From Spirochaetota bacterium (lineage in GTDB: Bacteria; Spirochaetota; UBA4802; UBA5550): a DNA stretch of 64,000 nt. The stretch covers positions 106,849 through 170,848 of the forward strand of contig JAKQPV010000087.1 in assembly GCA_029564515.1 (NCBI GenBank), given 5' to 3'. A model generated the notes under the pieces. The model was not told the DNA's origin, searched no databases, and saw only the letters and a list, made by a program, of their open reading frames with translations. This document shows positions 1-9,644 of the stretch, piece after piece; position 1 is the first letter of the stretch; every line of letters starts with the position of its first letter. A program made the translations under genes and the position numbers.

Positions 1-33
1 TTTTAAATCCATGGTTTTCCTCTTTTAATACAT

Positions 34-417
34 CTAAACCTTATTTTTCTTAAGCTCTTTTAGGGGGATTATTTTCAGATACTCTTCTTCATTATTATTT
101 ATAGCATCCCAGAGGTCCACTTCGGTCTGCATCCCCAGCCAGTAATTCACTGTCGTATCAAAAAAACGCGCGAGGCGGATGGCCGTGTCCGTCGATATGG
201 CCCGTTTACCCAGGAGAACTTCATTGATGCGCACCCGGGTTATTCTCAGATAATCCGCCAGCTCTTGTTGGGTTATGCCCATGGGGTCAAGATATTCTGC
301 CTTTAAAATCTCGCCTGGATGCCTTGGGCGCGGCTCTTGTCCGGCATTTATAGTCTCATTTTTTAATTTTTTCAGCATCCTCTGCGCCCAATACTTGTAG
401 CGATAATGGTTGGCCAT
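34..417 (-). CDS. higA: HigA-family XRE-type HTH antitoxin (addiction module antidote protein)
   Basis: 127-aa ORF. The motif HPGEIL...GITQQELA..L.ITR.RINE...GKR.IS.DTA.RLA.FF.T....WL..Q matches the canonical HigA/VapI HTH core. No HigB-like ORF lies upstream, so it appears to be an orphan. Confidence 0.65.
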   Translation of the reverse strand: MANHYRYKYWAQRMLKKLKNETINAGQEPRPRHPGEILKAEYLDPMGITQQELADYLRITRVRINEVLLGKRAISTDTAIRLARFFDTTVNYWLGMQTEVDLWDAINNNEEEYLKIIPLKELKKNKV

Positions 418-949
418 GTAATGAGCAACGTTGCATATTGCAAGAAAAATTTATTTTTTTTGCAATCCTGAAATGGTTCAAATGAATTTGGCACTTAAAA
501 CAAAAAGATAGACCCAGCTTAAAGAAATATAAAAACCGAAAGAACTTAGCCATTAGAAGAAGACATTGAATCTTTCAGGATCAATCACTCTTGATCAACT
601 ATTTGATTCTCCCAATCTCAAAAATACAATTATATACTAAGGGATGCCTTTATAGAAAAACTCCATCAGATATTTATTCATATATGAGTGATTACACTTA
701 ATCTTCGTTTCTCGACTTCAAGTAAATCTTTGATTCATTTGTATGAGGTGGTGATCCGTGTGCCTGTTTGCTGACATCATTCGTCATTGGTAATTATTCC
801 ACTTCAAAAACAAACCCAAAACAACAAGTAACAGCGAACCGTAACTGATACCATTTTATAATCAAATTCTATTAAAATTTATTCTAAACTCCCATCCATA
901 GTAATGGAAGCATATCGCAACTTTTAAAAACCATCGTTATAAGAGACTA

Positions 950-990
950 CAAATCCGCAGGTTGCAGGTTCGACTCCTGCCGGGCGCGCA
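950..990 (+). other. tRNA 3'-end fragment (T-arm plus acceptor 3' strand), putative att-site remnant
   Basis: The sequence gcagg-TTCGACT-cctgc is a T-arm with a GGTTCGAnTCC-like loop. It is followed by the 7-nt acceptor 3' strand cgggcgc. No matching 5' acceptor strand (gcgcccg) occurs within 100 nt upstream. Confidence 0.5.
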
Positions 991-1011
991 TGAACAATCA
1001 GTGATCAGCAT

Positions 1012-1045
1012 AAAAAAGGACAGGTCAACAACCTGTCCTTTTTTT
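1012..1045. terminator. Bidirectional rho-independent terminator
   Basis: A6-ggacaggt-caacaa-acctgtcc-T7: a perfect 8-bp stem flanked by an A-run and a T-run. Confidence 0.7.
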
Positions 1046-1070
1046 ATTTCAGGTTCTATCACGCTTTTTT

Positions 1071-2297
1071 TTAATAATTATCAATACCGTTGCCGTTCCA
1101 GGAATCAGTTACCGTGTCCAGCTGCGGCACTTCTTCATCCGCCATCGGGGCCTTCAGTAAATGTTCCGGCAGGAAGGCCAGATTGGCAATGAGCGTCGGA
1201 ATCACGGCGCTTCCAATGACAGCCGCGATCAGGAACGAATACTGATCGCGTGTAACGATGCCGTGCGTCAGCCCATACAGGGCCGAGATCGAACCAAAGG
1301 TCAGGCCTGTGGACATGAGGAGCGTGTAATACCACCGCTCTTTCCTGCTTTCACGGAACCGCCCGATAACCGGGTAAAGACCGAATATTTTCGATATGAC
1401 CTTGCCGGCGAACAACACAAGGAATACCAGCGGTGCGGCGATGATCGCGGGAATCGACACGAGAAACCCGGCGCGCAGAAAATAGATCGGGGTGAGGAAG
1501 CCGATGGTAAGCGTGCGCAGGCGGCGGATGAAAAACTCGTCCTTAGCCACGCTCCCGGCGAGTACCATGCCCGCAATATAGGCCGGCAGGACCGGTTCGC
1601 TCCCTGCCCAGAGCGCGAGCGCGCCAAGACCGAACAGCACGAACACGATCCACTTCGTGCGTATGGCGGCGGTGCGGTTACCGTATATGCGGGTGAGCCG
1701 CGCCGTTATCGGCGTCATGATAAAGAATACCGCAACGCACGCGGCGATGAACACCAGGGTCCTGTATGAAAATGGTGCATAGATAAGCCCCAGCGCTATG
1801 ACCGTGCCCAGGTCATTGACGAAACAGGCCCCGAGTATCCCTTTCCCGTACTCGGTCTTGTTGAACCCGTATTCCAGCATGACAGCATAGACCACTGCCA
1901 TTGACGTGGTCGAGAGCGCAATGCCGCCAAGGAGGCTCGCGCGCGGGTCCCAGCCCAGAGCAAAGTACGCCAGGGCGGCGCATCCGAGGAACGGGGCCAG
2001 AAAGCCGATGAGCCCGACCACGGTGACCTCCTTCGCCTTTGTTCTGATCGAGACAGGATCGAGATCCGCTCCGGCCAGGAAAGTGAGGAGCACCGCCCCG
2101 GACCCGGCTATAAATTTCATCCATTCAGCGTTCGGCTTCAATATGTCAGGATCGAAGAAACGTGACGCAAGGTACCCGGCGAGCGCGCCCACGCAGATCT
2201 CCATAAGCGCCATGGATATTTTCAAGCGATTGGCAAGTAATGTGGACAGAACCGCCAGGCCAAGCCAGACCGTGGCAATGGTAAACATATCAAGCAT
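1071..2297 (-). CDS. Cation:proton antiporter (CPA family Na+/H+ exchanger)
   Basis: Polytopic membrane protein of about 12 TM segments with CPA-like glycine-rich helices. I moved the start to the internal ATG (MLDMF...), which lies 4 nt after a perfect AAGGAGGA RBS. The listed ORF extends to 2360. Confidence 0.75.
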   Translation of the reverse strand: MLDMFTIATVWLGLAVLSTLLANRLKISMALMEICVGALAGYLASRFFDPDILKPNAEWMKFIAGSGAVLLTFLAGADLDPVSIRTKAKEVTVVGLIGFLAPFLGCAALAYFALGWDPRASLLGGIALSTTSMAVVYAVMLEYGFNKTEYGKGILGACFVNDLGTVIALGLIYAPFSYRTLVFIAACVAVFFIMTPITARLTRIYGNRTAAIRTKWIVFVLFGLGALALWAGSEPVLPAYIAGMVLAGSVAKDEFFIRRLRTLTIGFLTPIYFLRAGFLVSIPAIIAAPLVFLVLFAGKVISKIFGLYPVIGRFRESRKERWYYTLLMSTGLTFGSISALYGLTHGIVTRDQYSFLIAAVIGSAVIPTLIANLAFLPEHLLKAPMADEEVPQLDTVTDSWNGNGIDNY

Positions 2298-2564
2298 GGA
2301 ATCCTCCTTAAAAAAACGGCATCCGCCCGGCGGCGGATACCGTTTTCCGACAGACCCCACCGCACGCTCGCGGCAGGAGTCATCAGCTGTTCATGACGGC
2401 GGTTATAGGGGGACTCCATCCCCGATGTTCAAATCGATGGACAATTAATATATCACAGCAATAATTTCAAGTAGATTAGCATGTAAAAAGTAAATTAAAT
2501 GGCTTGTCAGAACATTGCTCCGGCTGTATGGTAGATTTGAAAACAGGCGCCTCGATCGATCACT

Positions 2565-4232
2565 ATGAAAACAGTCCTGCTCGCCGCCATCAATGCGCGA
2601 TATACCCATTCCTGTCTCGCGCTCTATTGCCTGAAGTCGTATGCTGCCGGTACCGGCAGCTCCATTAGCGTCCGCGAGTATTCGATTAACCGTGACCCCG
2701 GAGAGATCCTCGCGGACATGGCCGCGGTACGGCCGGACATTATCGGACTTTCAGTTTACATCTGGAACTCCGGTCTCATCCGCCGTATCCTCCCCCTCGT
2801 GAAGGAGCGGTGCGGCAATAACCTGCTGCTGCTCGGCGGGCCGGAGGTGAGCTACAATCCCGAATCATGGATCGAGGATTTTCCCTGCATTGACTGCATC
2901 ATTGCAGGACCGGGCGAGGCCGGGTTCCGGAGCTTTCTGGAAAACGGGACTGCGGACGGAGAAAAAATCCTGCGTTTCCCGAACCCCATTTTCGGAGGGA
3001 TGCCGTTCCCCTACTCTGACGAGGACCTGACGGCGCTTGCGGACCGATATGTGTACTACGAGTCGAGTCGCGGATGCCCATACCGGTGTGCCTATTGCCT
3101 GTCGTCGCGCTCGGACCAGAGATTCCAGGCAAAAAGCATGGAGACCGTCAAAAACGAGCTCGGGCTGATTCTCAGGCACCGTCCAAAGCTCGTCAAATTC
3201 GTTGACAGAACGTTCAACATGCCGGGCGACCGGCACCGCGAGATATGGTCCTACCTTATCGACCGGTTCGCTGAAGGGCCCACGGTCTTCCACTTCGAGA
3301 TCCATCCCTCGAACCTTGACGAGGAGGACTTCGCTATTCTCGCCCGAACACCGTCGGGCCTCTTCCAGTTCGAGGCAGGCGTCCAGTCCGTGAACCCGGA
3401 GGTGCGTACCGCTTCGGGACGATCCGGTGAGTGGAAAAAAGAAAAGACAGCCCTCGCACGTCTCATCTCATTGGGCACCATCCGCATGCATCTCGACCTC
3501 ATCGCCGGCCTCCCCTTCGAGGGCATGGCGTCCGCGTCCAGGTCCTTTAACGAGGTGTACGCGCTTTCTCCCGGCCATTTTCAACTGGGTATACTGAAAG
3601 TCCTTCCCGGCACTGAGATGAGGGACCGGGCGGACGAATACGGCATGATTTTCGCTGCAGACGCTCCCTACCAGGTTCGGGAGACCCGCTGGCTGCCAGG
3701 GAACGAATTGCAGATCATAGAGAAAATAGCCGCCGTGGTGGACCGCCTGTACAACACCGGGCGTTTTCCCCTCGCTCTCGCCCGTTTGGCCGCGCGTTTC
3801 GATTCACCCTTTGACCTGTACCGCGCGTTCGCATCCGAGAGAATCCTTCCGACCAGAAGCTGGGAGTCAGGCGCCTCATTTCTGCTCGGTTTCACCACGG
3901 ACCGTTTCCCGGAGGACCGGGGCTATGTTCTTGACGCACTGGGGTGGGACTGGTGCGCACATTCACGATCGCACCGGTATCCGGACATACTAAAGCCGGA
4001 GCAGGCCTCCGGGATCAAGAAAAAAGGATATGCATTTTTCAGGGGCTTCGGGGAAGATGGCACGGTACGTTACGGGAAGGAGGAGTTCGCGCTTTCCGAC
4101 CTGAAGAGAGCTATCTTCTATAAAAGCGAAACGGAAGAGTTCAGGAAGACGCACATGGGCGGCTCATCGTGCGCCCTGTTTCTTCATGACGGGAGAATAG
4201 TGATGTATGACCTCACCCCGCCTCCGGCGTAG
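2565..4232 (+). CDS. B12-binding domain radical SAM protein (DUF4080-type C-terminus)
   Basis: CPYRCAYC forms a CxxxCxxC radical SAM cluster motif. The N-terminus is cobalamin-binding-like, around DIIGLSVYIWN. Confidence 0.75.
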   Translation: MKTVLLAAINARYTHSCLALYCLKSYAAGTGSSISVREYSINRDPGEILADMAAVRPDIIGLSVYIWNSGLIRRILPLVKERCGNNLLLLGGPEVSYNPESWIEDFPCIDCIIAGPGEAGFRSFLENGTADGEKILRFPNPIFGGMPFPYSDEDLTALADRYVYYESSRGCPYRCAYCLSSRSDQRFQAKSMETVKNELGLILRHRPKLVKFVDRTFNMPGDRHREIWSYLIDRFAEGPTVFHFEIHPSNLDEEDFAILARTPSGLFQFEAGVQSVNPEVRTASGRSGEWKKEKTALARLISLGTIRMHLDLIAGLPFEGMASASRSFNEVYALSPGHFQLGILKVLPGTEMRDRADEYGMIFAADAPYQVRETRWLPGNELQIIEKIAAVVDRLYNTGRFPLALARLAARFDSPFDLYRAFASERILPTRSWESGASFLLGFTTDRFPEDRGYVLDALGWDWCAHSRSHRYPDILKPEQASGIKKKGYAFFRGFGEDGTVRYGKEEFALSDLKRAIFYKSETEEFRKTHMGGSSCALFLHDGRIVMYDLTPPPA

Positions 4233-4333
4233 CCTTAAGCGGCAGGATGGCGCGAATGCAGCAACGTGCAGGGATGTACAAGCTGCTGCCTCCTCCAGGA
4301 AAGGGCTCCTGAAAAACGTTCCCTCTTTATCCT

Positions 4334-4358
4334 CCCCCTCTCACCCGGGGAGAGGGGG
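4334..4358. terminator. GC-rich hairpin downstream of the radical SAM gene (terminator-like, no clean T-run)
   Basis: The stem ccccctctc pairs with gagaggggg around the loop acccgggg. Confidence 0.3.
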
Positions 4359-4390
4359 ACCGAGGGGGCGAGGTCTACAAGAAAAAAAAC

Positions 4391-5530
4391 ATGAAAAAAA
4401 AACGCAAACAATACATCACACAGCTTGCTGAACGTTACCGCGGAGAGGGAGCGCAGCCGCTCTGCCCGCACTTCGGCCAGTGCGGCGGCTGCCTGTTCCA
4501 GGATATTCCCTATGAGGCCCAGTGCCTGATAAAAAGGGACATGGTCAACGAGATACTCCAGGGCGTCGCTGCCGTGGACGCTGTCCGGCCTTCCGCACCG
4601 TACCGCTACCGGAGCAGGATGGACATGGTGACCGCGTTCGGCAAATGCGGCCTTCGCCGTGGCGGCAGCTACCGGGTCGTGGTGGACGTCGAGTCGTGCT
4701 CCATCATGCGGGAGAAATCTGATGCCCTATTCCGGCACGTACGCTCCCTGATACAGGAGGTCGAAGGATACGATTACCTGCGGCACCAGGGGTATCTCCG
4801 CTACGTGGTAATCCGTGAAGCGACCTTCACCGGTCAGGTCATGGTTAATTTTGTGACCGCCGTACAGGAGAACAGGCTTGCTCCCGTGATCGAAGCGATC
4901 TGCCCTGAAGCGGATTCCGTTTCTCTCATACACAGCGGCGGCATGGCGGATTTGAGCTACGGCGGAATTTTCGAGACCATCAAGGCCGGTCATATCGAGG
5001 AGTCGTTTGACGGCATACTCTACCGCATTACTCCGAACTCCTTTTTCCAGTCGAACGCGGGCATCGCGATCGAGATGTACCGGAAGATCAGGGACGGCGC
5101 GCGCGGCAGGGTGCTGGACCTGTGCGCGGGCGTGGGGAGCATCTCGCTCTTCATCGCGGGCTCCGTCGATCGGGTAACCGGGGTCGAGATGAACCCCGAG
5201 GCTGTGGAAACCGCACGAATGAACGCTGAGATCAACGGGATCACGAACGCCGAGTTCGTCTGCAGCGAGGCGCGGGATTTTCTCCGGAGCGGTCCCGGCG
5301 GCTATGACACCATCGTGCTTGACCCGCCGCGGACCGGCATGACACGGGACGCCATGGAGCGCATTGATGCGATGAAGACGGAGCGCATCATCTACATGTC
5401 GTGCAATCCTGCCACGTTCAGGGATGACGTCGCGTCGCTCCGCAATTACAGGGTCGAGTCGCTTGAAGCGTATGACATGTTCCCCCAGACCCCCCACGTT
5501 GAGCTTCTGGGAACGCTGAAACCGGTATAG
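4391..5530 (+). CDS. 23S rRNA (uracil-5)-methyltransferase, RlmD/RumA (TrmA) family
   Basis: Has an N-terminal Cys cluster (CPHFGQCGGC), the SAM-binding motif VLDLCAGVGSISL, a DPPRTG motif and a catalytic Cys near the C-terminus. Confidence 0.8.
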   Translation: MKKKRKQYITQLAERYRGEGAQPLCPHFGQCGGCLFQDIPYEAQCLIKRDMVNEILQGVAAVDAVRPSAPYRYRSRMDMVTAFGKCGLRRGGSYRVVVDVESCSIMREKSDALFRHVRSLIQEVEGYDYLRHQGYLRYVVIREATFTGQVMVNFVTAVQENRLAPVIEAICPEADSVSLIHSGGMADLSYGGIFETIKAGHIEESFDGILYRITPNSFFQSNAGIAIEMYRKIRDGARGRVLDLCAGVGSISLFIAGSVDRVTGVEMNPEAVETARMNAEINGITNAEFVCSEARDFLRSGPGGYDTIVLDPPRTGMTRDAMERIDAMKTERIIYMSCNPATFRDDVASLRNYRVESLEAYDMFPQTPHVELLGTLKPV

Positions 5531-5547
5531 CGCATTCAGCAGGCGGC

Positions 5548-6501
5548 TCAGGCCGAGGGCTTGCCCGGCTCACCGTCAAGAACATCACGGAGGGCGGCGG
5601 TTGAATCAACGATGACATCCGCCATGAACTTGAAGTTTATCGTGTCGATGGTGTCATCGGGCGAGTGGTAGTTCTTGTTCCGGTAAAACCCGGTGTCCGA
5701 TATCATGATCGCCGGATAGCCCGACCGGATGAAGGACATGTGATCGGAGAGATCCATACCGGGAATCGATGCCGGCCCGATGTATTCGAAAATCTTGCAG
5801 CGCGCATGGTTGTTGTAAATCTTTTTCCAGCGGTACACGCTATCCGCGTTGGATGGCAGGGAAATCACGCTGATGTAATTTCCGCATACGGGATATTCCT
5901 TGTGCTTGTGGTTCAGGGGGTAATCCTGGGGGCACCGCCGCGATGCGAACCCGACCATCTCAAGGCAGACCATGAGCTCGATCGAGTCTTTCCGTTTGCG
6001 GCAGTTCACGGCGTTCACCATGCTTCCCATCAACTCGGTCGAGAAAAAAGGCGGCTCCTCGAGTGTGAAGGCCACGAACCGTACGGTCTTCCGGTACCGA
6101 CGTACCGCCAGCAGCCGGTAAATCTCCAGGAGAGCGGCAATTCCGGAGGTATTATCATCCGCTCCGGGAGTGTCCTCGATCGTGTCATAATGAGCGCCCA
6201 CCAGTATGATCGAGCCGGGGAATTCGGTGCCGGGAATCTCTGCAATAACATTGGAAACTTTCACCCCTGCGGCGGTATACGTTTCCTCCCTGGGCTTGTA
6301 GCCATACCGGGAAAAATAGTCCTTTATATAGTCCCGTGCCTGCTCGAGGTTCTGATATTTACGTATGGTCCGCTCGCCGAGCTCGACGGAGAGGTAGTGA
6401 AGAATATCCCGTGCGTTGCGAAGGACCTGGTTCTTTTCCCGTGAAGCATTCGACAACTGTGGCAGAATTCGCATGGAGGCCTCGTTTTTAGTTATGACCA
6501 T
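5548..6501 (-). CDS. M28 family zinc aminopeptidase
   Basis: GADDNTSGIAALLE and HYDTIEDTPG are M28 zinc-ligand motifs. Confidence 0.8.
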   Translation of the reverse strand: MVITKNEASMRILPQLSNASREKNQVLRNARDILHYLSVELGERTIRKYQNLEQARDYIKDYFSRYGYKPREETYTAAGVKVSNVIAEIPGTEFPGSIILVGAHYDTIEDTPGADDNTSGIAALLEIYRLLAVRRYRKTVRFVAFTLEEPPFFSTELMGSMVNAVNCRKRKDSIELMVCLEMVGFASRRCPQDYPLNHKHKEYPVCGNYISVISLPSNADSVYRWKKIYNNHARCKIFEYIGPASIPGMDLSDHMSFIRSGYPAIMISDTGFYRNKNYHSPDDTIDTINFKFMADVIVDSTAALRDVLDGEPGKPSA

Positions 6502-6660
6502 AGAGACACTCGATATCTTTTTTTCAAGGATTTTTCAAACTAATTTCTTGACTTAATTTATTTATGATGCAAAATTACCATAATAGTGAATAATTGGCCG
6601 GGGATCAAGCAGCACGACGCCGGACACGTTCGTGAAAATCAATAACCATGAGGACCGACG

Positions 6661-7065
6661 ATGGAAGTATTTGACGGTTTTATTTCGGCCATAGCCAGCG
6701 AATTTAAAATTCGATTTCATAAGGACGCCGAGGGCAGCTACACCACCACCATTGAGTTTGACAACAACCGGTCCCAGGACGTGCTCATAACGCTCGCCAA
6801 GGACGAATCGGGGGACAGGATCATCAACTATTTCTCGATAATCGGTAAAATAAAGAAGGACCTCTGCGAGCTTTACAAGTACTGCCTGCAACTGAACGCG
6901 ACACTCGACTACGGCGCCATCGGGCTGATGAGCGATACGCTCGTGCTGAAAAACAGCATCATGCTCAAGGACTGCGATCCGATCCGCTTTATGAAGTCCC
7001 TTACCTATCTGGCGGCCAAGGCCGACGAGATGGAAGAGCTTCTCATCAAGGACAACATCTATTAA
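6661..7065 (+). CDS. Hypothetical protein, YbjN / T3SS-chaperone-like fold (tentative)
   Basis: 134 aa. GAGGA lies 8 nt upstream of the ATG. Its lower-GC codon usage is coherent. The overlapping minus-strand ORF 6562..7152 is judged a GC-frame artefact. Confidence 0.45.
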   Translation: MEVFDGFISAIASEFKIRFHKDAEGSYTTTIEFDNNRSQDVLITLAKDESGDRIINYFSIIGKIKKDLCELYKYCLQLNATLDYGAIGLMSDTLVLKNSIMLKDCDPIRFMKSLTYLAAKADEMEELLIKDNIY

Positions 7066-7091
7066 CAGTCCATACAATCTTCCAGCCCCGT

Positions 7092-8660
7092 TTGAAACTG
7101 GCTCCCGTTTTATGCCGGTATACATTCCGAGCAGGGAAACCGGACCACGCATCGAAGTATAGCCGACCCTGCCCCGGCGCCGGATTTGACGATATGATCA
7201 AGGAATCCATAAAAATACATGACAACTACCAGTTTGAGCTGAAGCAGACATATAACCTTTCCCTTGATGAAAAGAGAAAAAATTCCTATTTCGTGCAGAC
7301 GTATTTCTTCATCCCTGATAATCTCAATATCAACAGGGAGACCTATACGCGCGAGGATTTCTACAAGGATCTCCGCGCCACCGTGCGTCTGACGACTCCC
7401 TCGATACTTCTCAGGACACTTGAAGCGGATTCCGGCATGTTCACAAGAATGCGGCAGGGCATCGAGGCGGTTCACGGAAAGAACGCTAACCGCCAGGGCA
7501 TTGCCAACTACGAATACCAGGTTAAGATCTTTTGCCTGATCTATAAGAAATCAATGAAAATACAGCTGGGCTTCATTCGTAAGTCCCGCAGAAAAAAAGA
7601 GACCGAACACCTGCTTGAGGAATTTTTAACATGCGTGAACGCGCTTACGGGCAGGTTCAGGGAGCTCAGCCCTCCGGCAGCGGGGGGAAAGACGCCCCCT
7701 GATCTGAGAACGGTCTTTCTGTTCGCGGACGAATACCTGAGCCTGAAGACCGAAACCCATACCTGCCGCCTGATGGAAATACTTGGCGAAGCACATCCGG
7801 CGCTCCTGCGAAGATACAGGACCCGCCTCATGGACATCGTCCGTCGTGAGTCGGCTTACCGGCAGGAAAGAAACTATCCGTCCATCCCTTCTGTCTCCGG
7901 AGAAAACGAAACGTATGTGTTTCGCCAGGGAGCGCTGAAGAAATATCTGAGCAACATACTCTTCCTGGAAACGCGTGTCGAAAGAGGAGGGTTGTTCCTC
8001 GAGCAGGCCATTTACAGCGCCGCGGCCGGTATTGCAATGGTCTTCGCGACCATGGTCGCCTTCATCGGTCAGAGTCGCTATGGCGGCCTCTCCCTCCCCT
8101 TCTTCATTGCCCTGGTCATCAGCTACATGTTCAAAGACCGCATCAAGGAGCTTCTCAGGCTCTACCTGAGCGTCACCCTGCGCTCCCGCCTGTACGACCG
8201 CAGGAGGAACATCTACCATAGCTTTGACGAAAAGATCGGCACCTGCAGGGAGAGCTTTAACATCATCGATAGCGGGAAGGTCCCTTCCAAGATCCAATCC
8301 TACCGGGGCCGGGACCGGATCACCGACATAAACAACAGCATGACATCGGAGCACGTTATACTGTACCGGAAGTACATACGTCTCAACTCGAAGAATTTCC
8401 GGAAAATAAAACAACATCATTCGACCAATGACGTCATCGACATCATGCGCTTTAACGTTCAGCATTTTCTCCGGAGCATGGACAACCCTGAAAAGAAAAT
8501 CTTCATCGCCACACGGGGCGGCTACCTGAAATCCTCGGGCAAGCGGGTGTACCATATCAACATCATCACCCACTTCCTGACAGGCAGCAAGGACTACTTC
8601 CGGCGCTTCAGGCTTGTACTGAACAGAGAGGGGATCCGGCGAATCGAAGAAGTGTTATAG
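7092..8660 (+). CDS. Hypothetical membrane protein (two central TM helices); true start possibly the ATG near 7194
   Basis: 522-aa ORF with no recognisable family. Two hydrophobic helices lie around residues 300-340. It is followed by a perfect terminator. Confidence 0.5.
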   Translation: MKLAPVLCRYTFRAGKPDHASKYSRPCPGAGFDDMIKESIKIHDNYQFELKQTYNLSLDEKRKNSYFVQTYFFIPDNLNINRETYTREDFYKDLRATVRLTTPSILLRTLEADSGMFTRMRQGIEAVHGKNANRQGIANYEYQVKIFCLIYKKSMKIQLGFIRKSRRKKETEHLLEEFLTCVNALTGRFRELSPPAAGGKTPPDLRTVFLFADEYLSLKTETHTCRLMEILGEAHPALLRRYRTRLMDIVRRESAYRQERNYPSIPSVSGENETYVFRQGALKKYLSNILFLETRVERGGLFLEQAIYSAAAGIAMVFATMVAFIGQSRYGGLSLPFFIALVISYMFKDRIKELLRLYLSVTLRSRLYDRRRNIYHSFDEKIGTCRESFNIIDSGKVPSKIQSYRGRDRITDINNSMTSEHVILYRKYIRLNSKNFRKIKQHHSTNDVIDIMRFNVQHFLRSMDNPEKKIFIATRGGYLKSSGKRVYHINIITHFLTGSKDYFRRFRLVLNREGIRRIEEVL

Positions 8661-8667
8661 GCATTAA

Positions 8668-8697
8668 AAAAGGCAGGCCGCCGGCCTGCCTTTTTTA
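8668..8697. terminator. Bidirectional rho-independent terminator
   Basis: aaaaaa-ggcaggccg-ccgg-cctgcc-tttttt. Confidence 0.8.
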
Positions 8698-8703
8698 CGC
8701 GCC

Positions 8704-9588
8704 TTAATCGCGCACCATGTAGCTTTCCTGGTACCGTTCGTTTTCCTGTATGCTCTTCAGCAGTCCAAGCGCCTTCTGTTTGGTCGAGAGAGGCCCTATC
8801 CTCACCCTGAAATACTGTTTACCCTTCACACGGCTCTCGTCGATGTAGGCGTCGTAGCTCTTTTCTTTCAACGCCTTCATCTCGCTCTGCGCCGTCGTTC
8901 TTTTATCGAAGGACGCGACCTGTATGGTATAATGGCCCGTGCCGGTCGTTTTACCGCGCTCGATTTTTTCACCGGAAACCTCGACCACCTTAGATTTCGC
9001 ACTTTTCTTTTTCCTGGAAACGCTCTTAACCGGCTGCTTTTTAGCGGGCCTGTACACCGTGTCGTCCTCGTCAACGCGGGACAATTTCTTCGCATCCGTC
9101 AGATCTGCGGCCGGGGCCTTTTTCTTCGCGTCTTTTTCGGGAATAATCGTTTCCGATATATTGTCCCTGGTCAGGAGATCTGAAGAATCATCCTTCAAAC
9201 CGGCAGATTTTTCACCGGCTGTCCCCTTTTCGAGCCTGTCTCCCTCAATTCCCTTGAGATCTTTGTCAGCACCGAGCATCCTGTCATCAAGGGGCTTGGA
9301 AAGCTCGTCCTCTGCCGCTGCCTCCGGAATATTGGTTTTGAGCATATCCAGCTCTTTCTGGCTGTCGAATATGTCATTACGGGTGAGAAGGGTCTTGCCG
9401 CCGTCCCCTCCCTTGACAAAATTCATCCCAAGCAGGAACGACACGACAATAATGCCGATGACTGCGGCCGAGATGAGGATAATGCGCGCTATATCGAGGT
9501 TCAGAACATACACGCTTTTTTCTCTTACCTTCTGATGAGGTATGTTAAATTGTTCCATATAATGACCTGCCTTCCCAAAATAATGCAT
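8704..9588 (-). CDS. SPOR domain-containing protein (cell-division-associated peptidoglycan binding)
   Basis: Has an N-terminal TM segment, a low-complexity K/D/E linker and a C-terminal SPOR domain (GHYTIQVASF...YFRVRIGPL). Confidence 0.7.
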   Translation of the reverse strand: MHYFGKAGHYMEQFNIPHQKVREKSVYVLNLDIARIILISAAVIGIIVVSFLLGMNFVKGGDGGKTLLTRNDIFDSQKELDMLKTNIPEAAAEDELSKPLDDRMLGADKDLKGIEGDRLEKGTAGEKSAGLKDDSSDLLTRDNISETIIPEKDAKKKAPAADLTDAKKLSRVDEDDTVYRPAKKQPVKSVSRKKKSAKSKVVEVSGEKIERGKTTGTGHYTIQVASFDKRTTAQSEMKALKEKSYDAYIDESRVKGKQYFRVRIGPLSTKQKALGLLKSIQENERYQESYMVRD

Positions 9589-9644
9589 AGCTGAATGTAC
9601 AGATATATATTCGGCCGAACCGATTCGAGCGCTTAATTAAAAAA

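Noticed and set aside
356-553. 65-aa minus-strand ORF upstream of higA, considered as a HigB toxin remnant
   Set aside because: Its translation (MAKFFRFLYFFKLG...) has no RelE/HigB features. It is low-complexity, AT-driven and overlaps the higA start.
930-994. Possible full-length tRNA gene
   Set aside because: Only the T-arm and the 3' acceptor strand are present. No complementary 5' acceptor strand or anticodon arm can be formed from the upstream sequence.
4300-4370. G/C-rich repeat considered as a CRISPR or REP-like element
   Set aside because: It is a single hairpin with no array structure and is better explained as a terminator-like stem.
4727-5497. 256-aa minus-strand ORF
   Set aside because: It is antisense to the well-supported RlmD/RumA-family gene and has no RBS.
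5665-6444. 259-aa plus-strand ORF
   Set aside because: It is antisense to the M28 peptidase, which has clear catalytic motifs.
6562-7152. 196-aa minus-strand ORF overlapping 6661..7065
   Set aside because: The plus-strand ORF has an RBS and a globular-looking sequence. The minus ORF spans the intergenic gap and the start of the next gene.
7626-8573. 315-aa minus-strand ORF
   Set aside because: It is antisense to the 7092..8660 gene. This is typical GC-rich frame openness, with an Arg/Ala/Gly-rich low-complexity translation.
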